DNA of 64,000 nucleotides from positions 352,001-416,000 of the forward strand of contig CAXXNO010000004.1 in NCBI GenBank assembly GCA_963663235.2, written 5' to 3'. A model generated the notes under the pieces. It searched no databases and was not told the DNA's origin. It was given only the letters and a program-made list of their open reading frames with translations. Position numbers and translations under genes: made by a program. The stretch comes from Dehalococcoidia bacterium. GTDB lineage: Bacteria > Chloroflexota > Dehalococcoidia > Bin125. Below are positions 19,872 through 30,283 of this stretch, in pieces (position 1 is the stretch's first letter; the number at the start of each line of letters is the position of its first letter).

Positions 19872-21137
19872 TTATGCCGAATCGCCGGCCGGTCGCCCCT
19901 CCGCGGCGCTCGGTGCGGGCTCGTCCAATTGGAAGGCGGCGTGGAGGACGCGGACCGCTTCGCGGGCGCGGTCGCGGGCCACCATGGCGGTGATGCGGAT
20001 GTCGCTGGTGGTGATCACCTGGATGTTGATGCCCGCATCGGCGAGGGTGCGGAACATGGTGGCGGCGTAGCCGGGGGCGGTCTGCATGCCGGTGCCGACG
20101 ATGGAGACCTTGGCGAGGTCATCCTCCACGAGGACCTCCTTGGCGCCGATCTCGGTGGCGACCGGGTCCACGATCCCCCGGGCGCGCTGCGTGTCGGCCC
20201 CGGCGATGCTGAAGGTGAGATCGGTGAGGCGCTCGACGCTGGCGTTCTGGACGATGGTGTCCACGGAGATGGCGGCGTCGGCGAGGGGGCCGAAGAGGTG
20301 GGCGGCGATGCCGGGCCGGTCGGGGACGGCGCGCACCGTGATGGCGGTGACGTCCTCGTCCAGCGCGATGCCACGGACGCGGTTGGCCGGTTCCATGTTC
20401 ACCTGCTTTCGGATCAGGGTGCCGGGGGTGTCGTCGTGGAAGGAGGAGGCCACGAGGATGGGGACCGCGTGGAGCAGCCCCAGCTCGACGGCCCGGGGGT
20501 GCATCACTTGCGCGCCCTGGGCGGCCATCTCCAGCATCTCCTCGTAGGCGATGTCGCGCAGCATGCGGGCCCGCGGCTCGACGCGGGGGTCGGTGGTGAA
20601 GACGCCGTCCACGTCCGTGTAGATCTCGGCGACGGGGGCCCCGAGGGCGGCGGCCAGGGCGACGGCGGTGGTATCGGAGCCGCCGCGCCCCAGCGTGGTG
20701 ACGTCCGCCTCCGAGGTGATGCCCTGGAAGCCGGCGATGATCACCACCTGGTCGCGGTCCAGTTCGTCCTCGATGCGCCGGGTATCGATGTCCGTGATGC
20801 GGGCCCGGTTGAAGGTGGGGTCGGTGCGGACCCCGGCCTGCGCGCCGGTGAGGCTCACGGCCGGATGGCCGACTTCGCGCAGGGCCATGGAGAGGAGGGC
20901 GCTGCTTACCATCTCCCCGGTGGACAGCAGCATGTCCAGATCGCGTCCCTGCGGCCGGGCGGTGACCTGGTGGGCGAGGGCGAGGAGATCGTCGGTGGTG
21001 TCGCCCATAGCGGAGACGACCACCACGGCCCGGTCGCCGGCCTCGACCCGCTTGGCGATGCGCCGCGCGACGTGGCGCAGGCGTTCGGCGTCGGCAAGGC
21101 TGGAGCCGCCATATTTCTGCACGATGGGAGCGGTCAT
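19872..21137 (-). CDS. lysC: aspartate kinase
   Basis: VQKYGGSS, VVSAMGDTTD, TLGRGGSDTTAVALA, YTDVDGV, two ACT domains. Confidence 0.96.
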   Translation of the reverse strand: MTAPIVQKYGGSSLADAERLRHVARRIAKRVEAGDRAVVVVSAMGDTTDDLLALAHQVTARPQGRDLDMLLSTGEMVSSALLSMALREVGHPAVSLTGAQAGVRTDPTFNRARITDIDTRRIEDELDRDQVVIIAGFQGITSEADVTTLGRGGSDTTAVALAAALGAPVAEIYTDVDGVFTTDPRVEPRARMLRDIAYEEMLEMAAQGAQVMHPRAVELGLLHAVPILVASSFHDDTPGTLIRKQVNMEPANRVRGIALDEDVTAITVRAVPDRPGIAAHLFGPLADAAISVDTIVQNASVERLTDLTFSIAGADTQRARGIVDPVATEIGAKEVLVEDDLAKVSIVGTGMQTAPGYAATMFRTLADAGINIQVITTSDIRITAMVARDRAREAVRVLHAAFQLDEPAPSAAEGRPAGDSA

Positions 21138-21153
21138 CTTCCGAGCGTACCCC

Positions 21154-22050
21154 TCAGGCGTTTTCGATCACCCGCGCGCCGGTCTCACAGGGATCGGCGA
21201 TGAAGCCGCGGCCGGGGATTGCGAAGGCCTGCGCCGCCGCGGCCATGGCGTCGCGCACGGGTTCGGCGCGGGCGGCGTCGGTGAAGGCGATGATCGTGGA
21301 GCCGCCACCGGAGAGGTAGGCGGCGAAGGCGCCCGCCTCCGTGGCGGCGGCGAAGAGGTCATACATGCGCGGAAAGAGTTTGCTGCGGGGGCGCTGGTGC
21401 AGTCGATCATCGGTGGCGGTCAGGAGCGCCGTCCAGGCGCCGGTGGTCAAGGCGGCGACGAGCAGCGCCGCGCGACTGCTGTTGTGCACTGCGTCGGCGC
21501 GGGAGAGCCGCGCGGGGAGCAGTTCGCGGCTTTCCTGCGTCGGCATCGAGAAGTCCGGGATGAAGCCGGCGCAGCGCAAGCCGGGCGCCAGCGGCGGCGC
21601 GACGCGTTCGACCGCGCCGTTCTTGACGGCGACGACCTGCAGGCCGCCGAAGAGCGCCGGGGCGATGTTGTCCGCGTGTCCCTCCAACTCCGTGCCGAGG
21701 GTGAGCAGATCATCATCGCTGAGGGGGTTGGCCATCAGGGCGTTGGCGGCGACGGCGCCGGCCGCGCGGGCGGCCGCGCTTGCGCCCAGGCCGCGGCCCA
21801 CCGGGAACTCGGCCTCCACGGCGGCGGCGAGGTTGCGCGGCGGGCGCTGCTCACACCGGGCGAAGGCTGCGCGCGCCGCGGCGAGCGCCATGCGCCGCAT
21901 GGGATCCGGGCGTTGCCGGCGCTTGGGCGCGGCAGAGATCGTCACGGTCACGTCGGCGAAGAGGGTGAGCGCCACGCCGACGGCGTCGAAGCCGGGTCCC
22001 AGGTTGGCACTGGTTGCGGGAACGCGGACGGTGACGGATCGGTCGGCCAC
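21154..22050 (-). CDS. thrB: homoserine kinase
   Basis: VPATSANLGPGFD, PVGRGLGASAA, EGHADN, LSGGGST. Confidence 0.96.
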   Translation of the reverse strand: MADRSVTVRVPATSANLGPGFDAVGVALTLFADVTVTISAAPKRRQRPDPMRRMALAAARAAFARCEQRPPRNLAAAVEAEFPVGRGLGASAAARAAGAVAANALMANPLSDDDLLTLGTELEGHADNIAPALFGGLQVVAVKNGAVERVAPPLAPGLRCAGFIPDFSMPTQESRELLPARLSRADAVHNSSRAALLVAALTTGAWTALLTATDDRLHQRPRSKLFPRMYDLFAAATEAGAFAAYLSGGGSTIIAFTDAARAEPVRDAMAAAAQAFAIPGRGFIADPCETGARVIENA

Positions 22051-22101
22051 GTGATCGTCACTGTATGGCGGCGCAGGCGTCGCGGCAACGCGAGGCCTGC
22101 G

Positions 22102-22737
22102 CTAGCGGCTGCGGTAGCCGCTGCGACGCAGCCGCGGTTCCAGCACGGCCCAGGCGGCCTCCAGCACGTCGGCCTCCGGGCGCACGGCGTCCAGGATGCG
22201 CACGCGGTCCGGCGCCTCCAGCGCGATCCGCTTGAACCCTTCGGCGACCCGCCGGTGAAACTCCGGCGGGTCGCGGCCGATGCGATCGCGGCGCGCGGTG
22301 CGGGCTCGCTGCAGCCCCTGCGCGACGGGCACGTCCAGGAGCAGGGTGAGGTGGGGCGTCAGCCCGGCGCTGGCGTGACGATTCATTTGCTCGATGAGGC
22401 CGAGATCCAACTTCCGGCCGAAGCCCTGGTAGGCGAGCGTGGAGTCCATGTAGCGGTCGCAGAGGACTGCAGCGCCACGGGCGAGCGCGGGCCGGATCAC
22501 CTCGCTGACATGGGCGGCGCGGTCCGCGAGGAAGAGGAAGGTCTCGGCCCAGGGCGAGAGTTGCTGTTCTTCGGCGAAGAGTTGCTCGCGGATGGCGGCG
22601 CCGACGGGGGTGGCGCCGGGCTCGAAGGTCAGCACGACGTCGCCCTCTACGCGGGCGATGCGATCGGCGAGGCCGCGGGCCAGGACACTCTTGCCCGCCC
22701 CATCGCCGCCTTCGAGGGTTATGAAGAGCGCTGCCAC
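22102..22737 (-). CDS. tmk: thymidylate kinase
   Basis: FITLEGGDGAGKS, EPG, CDRYMDSTLAYQG. Confidence 0.96.
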   Translation of the reverse strand: MAALFITLEGGDGAGKSVLARGLADRIARVEGDVVLTFEPGATPVGAAIREQLFAEEQQLSPWAETFLFLADRAAHVSEVIRPALARGAAVLCDRYMDSTLAYQGFGRKLDLGLIEQMNRHASAGLTPHLTLLLDVPVAQGLQRARTARRDRIGRDPPEFHRRVAEGFKRIALEAPDRVRILDAVRPEADVLEAAWAVLEPRLRRSGYRSR

Positions 22738-22761
22738 GATGGTCCTCGGGGTTGCGGGCCG

Positions 22762-24354
22762 CTAGGAGCGGGAGAAGCGGACACGCCGGTGTGGCTCGCG
22801 TCCCTTGCTGGTGGAGAAGAGGTCATAGCGCTGCGCCATCTCGTGCTGCAGGCGGCGGATGTAGGCGTTCTGGACGGAAAGCTCGACGGCTTGGGAGCGG
22901 CCGGCCGCGATATCGTCGATGGCCTCTTCCGCCTCGGAGAGCGCGCCGCTGATGGGATCGAAGGTGGAGCGTCCGTGCGTGAAGGCCCGCAGGCTCTGCA
23001 CCATCTGCGAGACGGTGTTGTGCTTGAGGACGTAGATGGGAAGCCCGAGCCGCTCCGCTTCGCGGATCGGGGCGGGCCGGCGCCGGAAATTGGAGCGGAG
23101 GGTGATCAAGGCGTCGGCGTCCTCCAGGCGGTCGACCACGGAGGCATTCAGCGCCGTCTCGCGGATGGCTTCCTCCAAGCGACTGTGCGAGACGGCGAAG
23201 GGGAACAGGCGCCGGTGCGGCTGGGGCGGGGCGGACGGGAGCGACAACTCGCGCTCCTCGTTTGGGGTGGTGGCCGGGGCCGCCGAAAGGGTGTGGACGG
23301 CGCCGCTCTCCTCCATCTCGCGCGTGAGGGGCTGAACGGTTGTGCCGCGCAGCAGCGCGTCGACGGTGGTGGCGACGTCGCGGTGAACGGAGACGCGGTT
23401 GAACGTTTGGATCTCCACCAGGATGTCGAAGGTGGGGGGCGCCTTGCGCTCCAGGATGGACTTGCGGGTACCGCGCCGGCGCGCCTCTTCGTCGGAGAGG
23501 GTGACGGACTGGATGCCGCCGATGAGGTCGGAGAGCGTGGGGTTCAGCATGAGGTTGGCCAAGGTGTTGCCGTGCGCCGTGGCGACCAGTTGGACGCCCC
23601 GCTCCGCGATGGTGCGCGCGGCGAGCGCTTCCAGCTCCGTGCCGATCTCGTCGATGACGATGACCTCCGGCATGTGATTCTCCACGGCCTCCACCATGAC
23701 CGCGTGTTGGAGCTGGGGCATGGGTACCTGCATGCGGCGCGCGCGGCCGATGCCGGGATGGGGGATGTCCCCGTCGCCGGCGATCTCGTTGGACGTATCG
23801 ACGATGACGACGCGCCGGCCGCTCTCGGCGAGGATGCGCGCCGTCTCCCGCAGCATGGTGGTCTTGCCGACTCCGGGCCGGCCCAAGAGCAAGATGCTCT
23901 CGCCGGAAAAGACGAGGTCCTCGATCACTTTGGTGGTGCCGTAGACGGCGCGGCCGACGCGCAGCGTGAGGCCCACGATCTCGCCGCGGCGGTTGCGCAG
24001 GCAGGAGATGCGGTGCAGGGTGCGCGCGATCCCGGCGCGGTTGTCTTGGCCGAAATCGCCGAGGGGGCGCGTGGTCGTGGCGAGGTCGTCGTGGGTGACG
24101 TCGCGGTCGCTGAGCTCCACCTCGCGGTCCAGGAAGCGCGCCGCGGGGCGGCGTCCCAGGTCCATGACGACCTCCAGCAGGCCGCTGCGGTCCGGCTGGC
24201 GCTCCACGGCGGCGCGGATGGGGGAGGGCAGGGTCTCCAGGATCAGGGCCAGATCATCCGTGATGCGCAGAGCGGGCTCCGCCGCGGAGGCCGTGGCCGC
24301 GTGGCTCTCTTCGGTCGGCGCGGGCAGATTGATGGGGTCCGTCAGTGGCTCCAC
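22762..24354 (-). CDS. SpoIIIAA/Ycf45-like AAA ATPase with C-terminal R3H domain
   Basis: [50 protein letters not shown]...GREPHRRV. Confidence 0.9.
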   Translation of the reverse strand: MEPLTDPINLPAPTEESHAATASAAEPALRITDDLALILETLPSPIRAAVERQPDRSGLLEVVMDLGRRPAARFLDREVELSDRDVTHDDLATTTRPLGDFGQDNRAGIARTLHRISCLRNRRGEIVGLTLRVGRAVYGTTKVIEDLVFSGESILLLGRPGVGKTTMLRETARILAESGRRVVIVDTSNEIAGDGDIPHPGIGRARRMQVPMPQLQHAVMVEAVENHMPEVIVIDEIGTELEALAARTIAERGVQLVATAHGNTLANLMLNPTLSDLIGGIQSVTLSDEEARRRGTRKSILERKAPPTFDILVEIQTFNRVSVHRDVATTVDALLRGTTVQPLTREMEESGAVHTLSAAPATTPNEERELSLPSAPPQPHRRLFPFAVSHSRLEEAIRETALNASVVDRLEDADALITLRSNFRRRPAPIREAERLGLPIYVLKHNTVSQMVQSLRAFTHGRSTFDPISGALSEAEEAIDDIAAGRSQAVELSVQNAYIRRLQHEMAQRYDLFSTSKGREPHRRVRFSRS

Positions 24355-24364
24355 TTCATGCGCC

Positions 24365-25315
24365 TCAGCGGACGGTGGCGCCGACGGCGTCGGCGGCGTG
24401 CTCGGCCATGCTCAGCCGCCGCGTCCGTTGGGCGATGGGCCGCACCAAGAGCAGGAAGCGCTCGACCGGCTCCAGGCCGGCGGCCTCGGCCGCGGCCGCT
24501 TCGGACACGGCGTGGGCCGGAAGCAGCAGGTCCAGGGGGCCCGCAGCGCAGGTGAGGGCGAAGGCCACGGCCCGGCGGGCGTTGTGCGGTGTTCCGTCGG
24601 TGAGGAGGGCGACGCGGGCGCCGCTTTGATCATGGCAGTGGCGGACCAGCGCCGCGGGGAGGCTATCGGAGTCGGATGCGATCACCCACTCGCCGCCGCT
24701 GCGTCCCAGGGGTTCCGCCGCGGCGCGCCATTCCGCCGGCGAGAGCGCCGTGTGCCAGCGCACCTCTTGCGGTACCGATTGCGTGTAGAGGCGAAAGAGC
24801 GCCAGGTCATCGCCGTGGGTGCGGCGGCGTGCGGCGGGAGGCGGCGGCGCCTGCGCGTCGATGGAGCCGTTGCCGTGATAGCGTGCCTCTTCCGTGACCA
24901 CGACGAAGCCGTGGCGGCGGGCCGCGTCGAGCGCGGGGCTCCGCGTCGAGAGGCGCAGGAACAGCCGGCCCGCGCCCTTCGCGCCGGCGGAAGCGACGGC
25001 GCGATCCAGGAGGTCCAGGAGGTGGGCGTCGGAGTCGGGACGGCAGATCAGCTTGTCGATCTCCCAGGCGGCGCGACCGCTGCGCGGGCGCACGGTCGTG
25101 AGCCCGACGAGGGACCAGCCGGCGCGGCTGATCCAGAACTGCCGGCCCTGCGGGGTCAGGAGGCTCGCAGCGAGGCGGCCCCAGTCGCTCTTTTGTACGT
25201 CGCCGGCACGTGCACAGCGGGCGAAGGTCACGGCCTGGTTGGGGCAGGCGCCGCTGTCATGCGTCAGCAGCGCTGGGACATCGGTGAGGCGCAGCGCGCG
25301 CACCGAGGCCGTCAT
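24365..25315 (-). CDS. hypothetical protein, probably GNAT-like fold
   Basis: ATGA overlap with the pdxT stop; [35 protein letters not shown] pattern is GNAT-like. Confidence 0.65.
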   Translation of the reverse strand: MTASVRALRLTDVPALLTHDSGACPNQAVTFARCARAGDVQKSDWGRLAASLLTPQGRQFWISRAGWSLVGLTTVRPRSGRAAWEIDKLICRPDSDAHLLDLLDRAVASAGAKGAGRLFLRLSTRSPALDAARRHGFVVVTEEARYHGNGSIDAQAPPPPAARRRTHGDDLALFRLYTQSVPQEVRWHTALSPAEWRAAAEPLGRSGGEWVIASDSDSLPAALVRHCHDQSGARVALLTDGTPHNARRAVAFALTCAAGPLDLLLPAHAVSEAAAAEAAGLEPVERFLLLVRPIAQRTRRLSMAEHAADAVGATVR

Positions 25316-25917
25316 GCGACCCCCTCTGGTAGCGCGGAGCGGCCCGCGCCGACGCACTGGTCTACGAAATAGCGATGCAGGCGGGTGTCCGGGGTCAGCT
25401 CGGGATGAAAGGTGGTGGCCAGGAGGGCCCCGCGCCGGACCGCCACCGGCTCGCCGTCCAGCGCCAACAGCGTTTCGACGCCGTCGCGCACCTCGCGGAT
25501 GCGTGGGGCCCGGATAAAGACGGCGTGCAGCGGCTCATCGCCGAGGGCCGGCCCCTGGAGGTCCGTCTCGAACGAGTCGATCTGGCGGCCGTAGGCGTTG
25601 CGCTCGATGGTCATGGGGAGCAGGGAGAGGGCGGGGCGGTCCAGGTCCAGCACTCGGTCGGCGAGCAGGATGGCCCCGGCACAGGTGCCCCAGATGGGGA
25701 AGCCGGTTGCGCCCAACTCCCGGAGCGGCGTGTGCAGGTCGAAGGTGAGGAGGAGACGGGCGATGGTGGTGCTTTCGCCGCCGGGGATGATCAGGCCGTC
25801 CAGCCCGCTGAGGTCCGCCGCCAAGCGGACCTCGCGCGTGGCCACATCGATAGAGCGGAGGAGGTGTACGTGCTCCCGGAAATCGCCCTGGAGCGCGAGC
25901 ACCCCAATCGTCGGCAT
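25312..25917 (-). CDS. pdxT: PLP synthase glutaminase subunit
   Basis: GVLALQGDFREH, PGGESTT, GTCAG, RNAYGRQIDSFE, FHPEL. Confidence 0.97.
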   Translation of the reverse strand: MPTIGVLALQGDFREHVHLLRSIDVATREVRLAADLSGLDGLIIPGGESTTIARLLLTFDLHTPLRELGATGFPIWGTCAGAILLADRVLDLDRPALSLLPMTIERNAYGRQIDSFETDLQGPALGDEPLHAVFIRAPRIREVRDGVETLLALDGEPVAVRRGALLATTFHPELTPDTRLHRYFVDQCVGAGRSALPEGVA

Positions 25918-25927
25918 CAGGGCCGGA

Positions 25928-26815
25928 TCACCAGCCCCTCTGGGCCAGGCGCTCGGGCGCGGGGATGTCGTTGAGTTCGAGTCCCGGCATGGCCGTGCCC
26001 AAGCTGGCGGAGACCTGGGCGAGGACGGCGTCGTCCTCGAAGTGGGTGGTGCTCTGGACGATGGCCCGCGCCATCTTCGCCGGCTCCGCCGCCTTGAAGA
26101 TGCCGCTGCCGACGAAGACGCCGTCCGCGCCGAGCCGCATCATCAGGGCGGCATCCGCCGGCGTGGCGATGCCGCCCGCAGCGAAGTTGACCACCGGGAG
26201 GCGGCCCAGCCGGCGCGTCTCCCGCACCAGTTCCAGGGGGGCGTCGTGCTCTTTGGCGAAGGCGGCCACCTCATCCTCGCCCAAGGTCTGCATCCGACGG
26301 ATGCTCCCCTGCACGGCGCGCATGTGGCGGACAGCCTCGACGATGTTGCCGGTGCCGGCCTCGCCTTTGGTGCGGATCATGGCGGCGCCTTCGCCGATAC
26401 GGCGCAGCGCTTCCCCGAGATCGCGGCAGCCGCAGACGAAGGGGACCTTGAAGTCCCATTTGTTGATGTGGTGCTTTTCGTCGGCCGGGGTCAGGACCTC
26501 GGACTCGTCGACGTAGTCCACGCCGAGCTCCTGCAGGATGGCGGCCTCCACGAAGTGCCCGATGCGGCACTTGGCCATCACGGGGATGGATACGGCCGCG
26601 ATGATGCCGTGGATCAAGGTGGGGTCGCTCATCCGGGCGACGCCGCCGTCGGCGCGAATATCGGAGGGAACCCGTTCCAGGGCCATGACGGCGCAAGCGC
26701 CCGCCTCCTGGGCGATGCGGGCGTGCTCCGGTGTGACGACGTCCATAATGACGCCGCCCTTGAGCATTTGGGCCAGTCCGGCCTTCACCGTTGGGGTGCT
26801 GGTTTCGATGACCAT
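25928..26815 (-). CDS. pdxS: PLP synthase lyase subunit
   Basis: [47 protein letters not shown]. Confidence 0.98.
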   Translation of the reverse strand: MVIETSTPTVKAGLAQMLKGGVIMDVVTPEHARIAQEAGACAVMALERVPSDIRADGGVARMSDPTLIHGIIAAVSIPVMAKCRIGHFVEAAILQELGVDYVDESEVLTPADEKHHINKWDFKVPFVCGCRDLGEALRRIGEGAAMIRTKGEAGTGNIVEAVRHMRAVQGSIRRMQTLGEDEVAAFAKEHDAPLELVRETRRLGRLPVVNFAAGGIATPADAALMMRLGADGVFVGSGIFKAAEPAKMARAIVQSTTHFEDDAVLAQVSASLGTAMPGLELNDIPAPERLAQRGW

Positions 26816-26951
26816 CTCGGCCTCCGTGGCTGATCACGCCCGCTTGCTCAACCGTAATGCAGGGCGCTAGCCGTATTCTAACACCGGGGGCAGGCCTCCC
26901 CGCTGCCGGCGTGCCAGACGTCGCCGGAGCGCCGGCTCCCGGAGGCCGGCC

Positions 26952-28094
26952 GTGGCTCGGTTGCTCATTGTCGGGTCCGTGACGCGAGACTACCAGCGGC
27001 TGCGCGGGCGGCGCTGGTCGCAGCCGGGCGGCGCGCCGTGGCATGCCGCGCTGGCGCTCACTCCTGGGGCCAGGGTGACGGTGGTGGCGCAGGCGGGGCC
27101 CTGGACTCGCCGCTACGCCCGACCGGGGCTCGTGGCGGCTGGGGTGGAGTGGGCGGGCGACGAGGCGACGGCGGACACGGTCTTCGAGAACCGCTACGCG
27201 GACGGCGGCCTGGAACAGGTCGTCCGATCGATAGCGCCGCCGATCAGGGCGACGATGCTTGGCCCCGGTCCGTTCGACGGCGGGGTCGTCTCGCCGCTGT
27301 TTCCCGAGGACGTCGCGGCCGACGTGGCCGGCGCGGTGGCGGATCGGTGCCGCTTTGTGGCGCTGGATGTGCAGGGACTGGCGCGCCGGGTGGATGCCCG
27401 CGGACGGGTTCGGCTGGGGCGGTACGCGTTGAGGTCGTTCCTGGTGGGGGTCCATACCGTGAAGTTCGCCAGGAGGGAGTTCGAGGCGTTCATCGGGGCG
27501 CCGGCCTCTGCGACGGGGGCCGCGGATCTCGCTCGCTCCCTGCGGGCGGAGGTGTTGATCACGGATGGTGAGCGGGGCAGCACCCTGACCACGGCGGACG
27601 GGACGCACCTGACGGCCGAGGGGGCGCGTCTGGGCGATGCGGCCGACACGACCGGGGCGGGCGATGTACTCATTGCGGCCTATGTGGCGGAGCGATCGGT
27701 GGGGCGGCCACCGAGCGCGGCGTTGGAGGCGGCCACGGCCCTCACGACGGCGCTGCTCCGACGTCGGGCGGGGGCGGCGGCGCGCAGCGCAGAGGTCGTC
27801 CCGCTGCTGCGGCAGATCGAGGCCCGGGCGCTGGTCGCGGGCCGCCGGCGAGGGCGTGGGGCTTCCGCCGCCATCTTCGAGGCGCCGTCGGCGTTGACGG
27901 AGGGGCTGGCGGCGCACCTGGGGGCCGCTCCGGAGCCAGCGGGCACTGCCTTGGAGGATGGGGCCGGGGCGCTGCTGAGCGGCTGTGCGGCGCTTCTCTC
28001 GCGGGGGTGGCCCGACGACATCGTGCTGGCTCCCGCGTCGCTCCGACGTGTGGTGGAGGCGGCTGATAGGCTACGGCCGTGCTCATCGGGCTGA
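26952..28094 (+). CDS. PfkB family carbohydrate kinase with C-terminal extension
   Basis: IVGSVTRD, PGG, LDVQG, ITDGERG, DTTGAGD; GGAGG RBS. Confidence 0.85.
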   Translation: MARLLIVGSVTRDYQRLRGRRWSQPGGAPWHAALALTPGARVTVVAQAGPWTRRYARPGLVAAGVEWAGDEATADTVFENRYADGGLEQVVRSIAPPIRATMLGPGPFDGGVVSPLFPEDVAADVAGAVADRCRFVALDVQGLARRVDARGRVRLGRYALRSFLVGVHTVKFARREFEAFIGAPASATGAADLARSLRAEVLITDGERGSTLTTADGTHLTAEGARLGDAADTTGAGDVLIAAYVAERSVGRPPSAALEAATALTTALLRRRAGAAARSAEVVPLLRQIEARALVAGRRRGRGASAAIFEAPSALTEGLAAHLGAAPEPAGTALEDGAGALLSGCAALLSRGWPDDIVLAPASLRRVVEAADRLRPCSSG

Positions 28095-28651
28095 TTTCGG
28101 ACACGCATGTACCCGAAGCGATGCCGAACGTCTGGCCGCAGGTCTACGAGCGGTTCAAGGGCGTGGACCTGATCCTTCACGGCGGCGATCTGCATACCCT
28201 TGATGTGGTGGACCGCCTGCAGGAGATCGCCCCGATCCACGTGGCCCGCGGCAACGGAGACGACGGCGGCGGCGGTCGCCCCCTGGTGCCGGCCGATCCG
28301 CGGCTGCGCGATGCCTGGGCCCTGGAGCTGGGGGGGCTCAACGTGGGGATGGTGCACGATCTGGGCTTGCCCGAGCGGCCGCCGGGCTGGACTGTGGAAG
28401 CGATCATGGAGCGCCACTTCGGCGGGCCCCAGGATGTCGTGGTGCACGGGCATACGCACGTGGCGAGCATCGAGCGGGTGCGGGGGGTGCTGCTGGTCAA
28501 CCCCGGCAGCCCGGTCTACCCGCGTAATCTGGAGGTGCGGCTGGGGACGGTCGCGTTTCTGCGGATCGACCAGGGGCGGGCGGAGGCGTGGCTGGAGCAA
28601 CTGGATGAGCGGGGCAGCCATGTGGTCTCCGAGCAACCCCGCTACCAGTAG
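28079..28651 (+). CDS. YfcE/MJ0936-type metallophosphoesterase
   Basis: ISDTH, HGGD, RGNGD, HGHTH, NPGS. Confidence 0.92.
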   Translation: MLIGLISDTHVPEAMPNVWPQVYERFKGVDLILHGGDLHTLDVVDRLQEIAPIHVARGNGDDGGGGRPLVPADPRLRDAWALELGGLNVGMVHDLGLPERPPGWTVEAIMERHFGGPQDVVVHGHTHVASIERVRGVLLVNPGSPVYPRNLEVRLGTVAFLRIDQGRAEAWLEQLDERGSHVVSEQPRYQ

Positions 28652-28755
28652 GGTCGCGTGTGCGACTGTCGGCTGCGGAGCGCGTCCCTATAATGAGCGT
28701 CGGTCAGCGGAGGGCCGGTCCTCCGCGGAACCCGGCGCGAGGAGGTTCGCCCGGC

Positions 28756-29193
28756 GTGGGCGATGGTCTCGATCTTCTCGTCCCCGTTGATAAATCTGCC
28801 GCAAGCCTGCGCGGGCTCGATCTGGCCTGTCGCCTGGCCGGGAGCAACAAGCGTGCGCGGTTGCACGTGGTGTATGTGGTGGAAGTGAACCGGCGGGTGG
28901 CCCTGGATGCGGAGCTTCCGGGCCCGACGGAGGAAGGCGAGCGCCGGATCAGCGAGGCGGAGCGCCGCGCCCGCCGCGACAAGATCCCGTGTGACGGGGA
29001 TATTCTGCAGGCGCGCGAGGCGGGGACGGCGATTGTCGACGAGGCGGTGGAGCTGAACGTGGACACGATCGTCATGGGAGTGACGCCGCGCGCCCGGGAG
29101 GGAGCGCCGCTCGATCTGGGCAAGACCGTGGAGTACGTCCTGCGGCACGCGCCCTGCCAGGTGGTGGTGGTGCAAGATGAGGCGCCGCAGTGA
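28756..29193 (+). CDS. universal stress protein
   Basis: LLVPVD, HVVYVVEV, AIVDEA, IVMG, LGKTVEYVLRHAPCQV; GGAGG before GTG 28756. Confidence 0.9.
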   Translation: MGDGLDLLVPVDKSAASLRGLDLACRLAGSNKRARLHVVYVVEVNRRVALDAELPGPTEEGERRISEAERRARRDKIPCDGDILQAREAGTAIVDEAVELNVDTIVMGVTPRAREGAPLDLGKTVEYVLRHAPCQVVVVQDEAPQ

Positions 29194-29591
29194 AGATCGT
29201 GATCATGGGCTGTGGCCGGGTGGGCGCCAACCTGGCGGAACGGCTCGGCGCCGAAGGACATGACCTGACGGTGATCGACACAGAGGCCTCAGCGTTTCGG
29301 CGGTTGCCGGATGGCTTCGCCGGTCGCACCGTGCTCGGGAACGCCGTGCATCACGAGACCTTGCGCGAAGCCGGCGTGGAGGAGGCGGATGCATTCGTGG
29401 CGGTGACGCAGGGAGACAACCGCAACGCGATGGCGGCCCAGGTGGCGATGCATCTGTTCGGCGTGCAGCGGGTGGTGGCGCGGATCTATGACCCCGAGCG
29501 GGAGAAGATTTACCGTGACCTGGGGCTGCACACCGTGAGTCCCACACTCATTTTGAGTGAGCGTCTCCACGAAGCGATCGTAGAGCCGTAG
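29190..29591 (+). CDS. trkA: TrkA-family protein, RCK-N domain only
   Basis: IVIMGCGRVG, AVTQGDNRN, VARIYDP; 133 aa without RCK-C. Confidence 0.88.
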   Translation: MKIVIMGCGRVGANLAERLGAEGHDLTVIDTEASAFRRLPDGFAGRTVLGNAVHHETLREAGVEEADAFVAVTQGDNRNAMAAQVAMHLFGVQRVVARIYDPEREKIYRDLGLHTVSPTLILSERLHEAIVEP

Positions 29592-29592
29592 C

Positions 29593-30258
29593 GTGTACGT
29601 CATTGTCGTGGGGGGCGGGAAGGTGGGCGCGCAGACGGCGCGGGAATTGGTAGCGGCGGGGCACGAGGTGCTCGTGATCGAGCGGGAGCGCGCCAAGGTG
29701 GAGGCGCTGAACGAGGAGTTGGGGGAGATCGCGGTGGTGGGGGACGGGCCGGAAGTCCGGGTGCAAGAGGAGGCCGGGATGAACCGCGCCGACCTGGTCA
29801 TCGCGGCGACGGGCCGCGATGAAACCAACCTCGCGGTCTGTCAGGTGGCGCAGGCCCGCTTTGCCAGGCAGCGCGTGATCGCGCGGATCAACAACCCGAA
29901 GAACGCAGCGATCTTTCGTGCCCTGGGGATCAGTCTGACGGTGTCCGCCACCGAGGCGATCATGGCCCATATCGAACAGGAACTGCCGTCGCACCCGCTC
30001 ATCCACCTGCTGCAGCTGCGCGGCGGCGGCTTTGAGATCGTGGAGATCCTGATCCCGGAGGACGCCACGACGGTGGGGCGCCGGATTCACTCCGTCGAGC
30101 TGCCGCCCGATGCCCTGGTCCCGCTGGTGGTGCGGCCGGACGGCACGCCGGTGATCCCGAACGGCGACAGCGTGCTGGAAGCGGGTTCCGAGATCCTGGC
30201 GGTCACGCGTCCCGAGCACGAGACGGAGCTGCGGCGGGCGCTCACGGGCGGCGCTTAA
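29593..30258 (+). CDS. trkA: TrkA-family protein (RCK-N plus RCK-C)
   Basis: VIVVGGGKVG, ATGRDETN, ARINNPKN, C-terminal IPNGDSVLEAG. Confidence 0.9.
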   Translation: MYVIVVGGGKVGAQTARELVAAGHEVLVIERERAKVEALNEELGEIAVVGDGPEVRVQEEAGMNRADLVIAATGRDETNLAVCQVAQARFARQRVIARINNPKNAAIFRALGISLTVSATEAIMAHIEQELPSHPLIHLLQLRGGGFEIVEILIPEDATTVGRRIHSVELPPDALVPLVVRPDGTPVIPNGDSVLEAGSEILAVTRPEHETELRRALTGGA

Positions 30259-30283
30259 CGCCGCCGGCCTGATGGTGGCACCA

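Noticed and set aside
21138-21153. Lysine riboswitch upstream of lysC
   Set aside because: The thrB-lysC spacer is only 16 nt.
20668-24555. 1295-aa plus-strand ORF and other long antisense ORFs (e.g. 16286..19114, 51438..53270, 45684..47345)
   Set aside because: They are shadow frames of well-supported opposite-strand genes in GC-rich DNA and contain no recognisable motifs.
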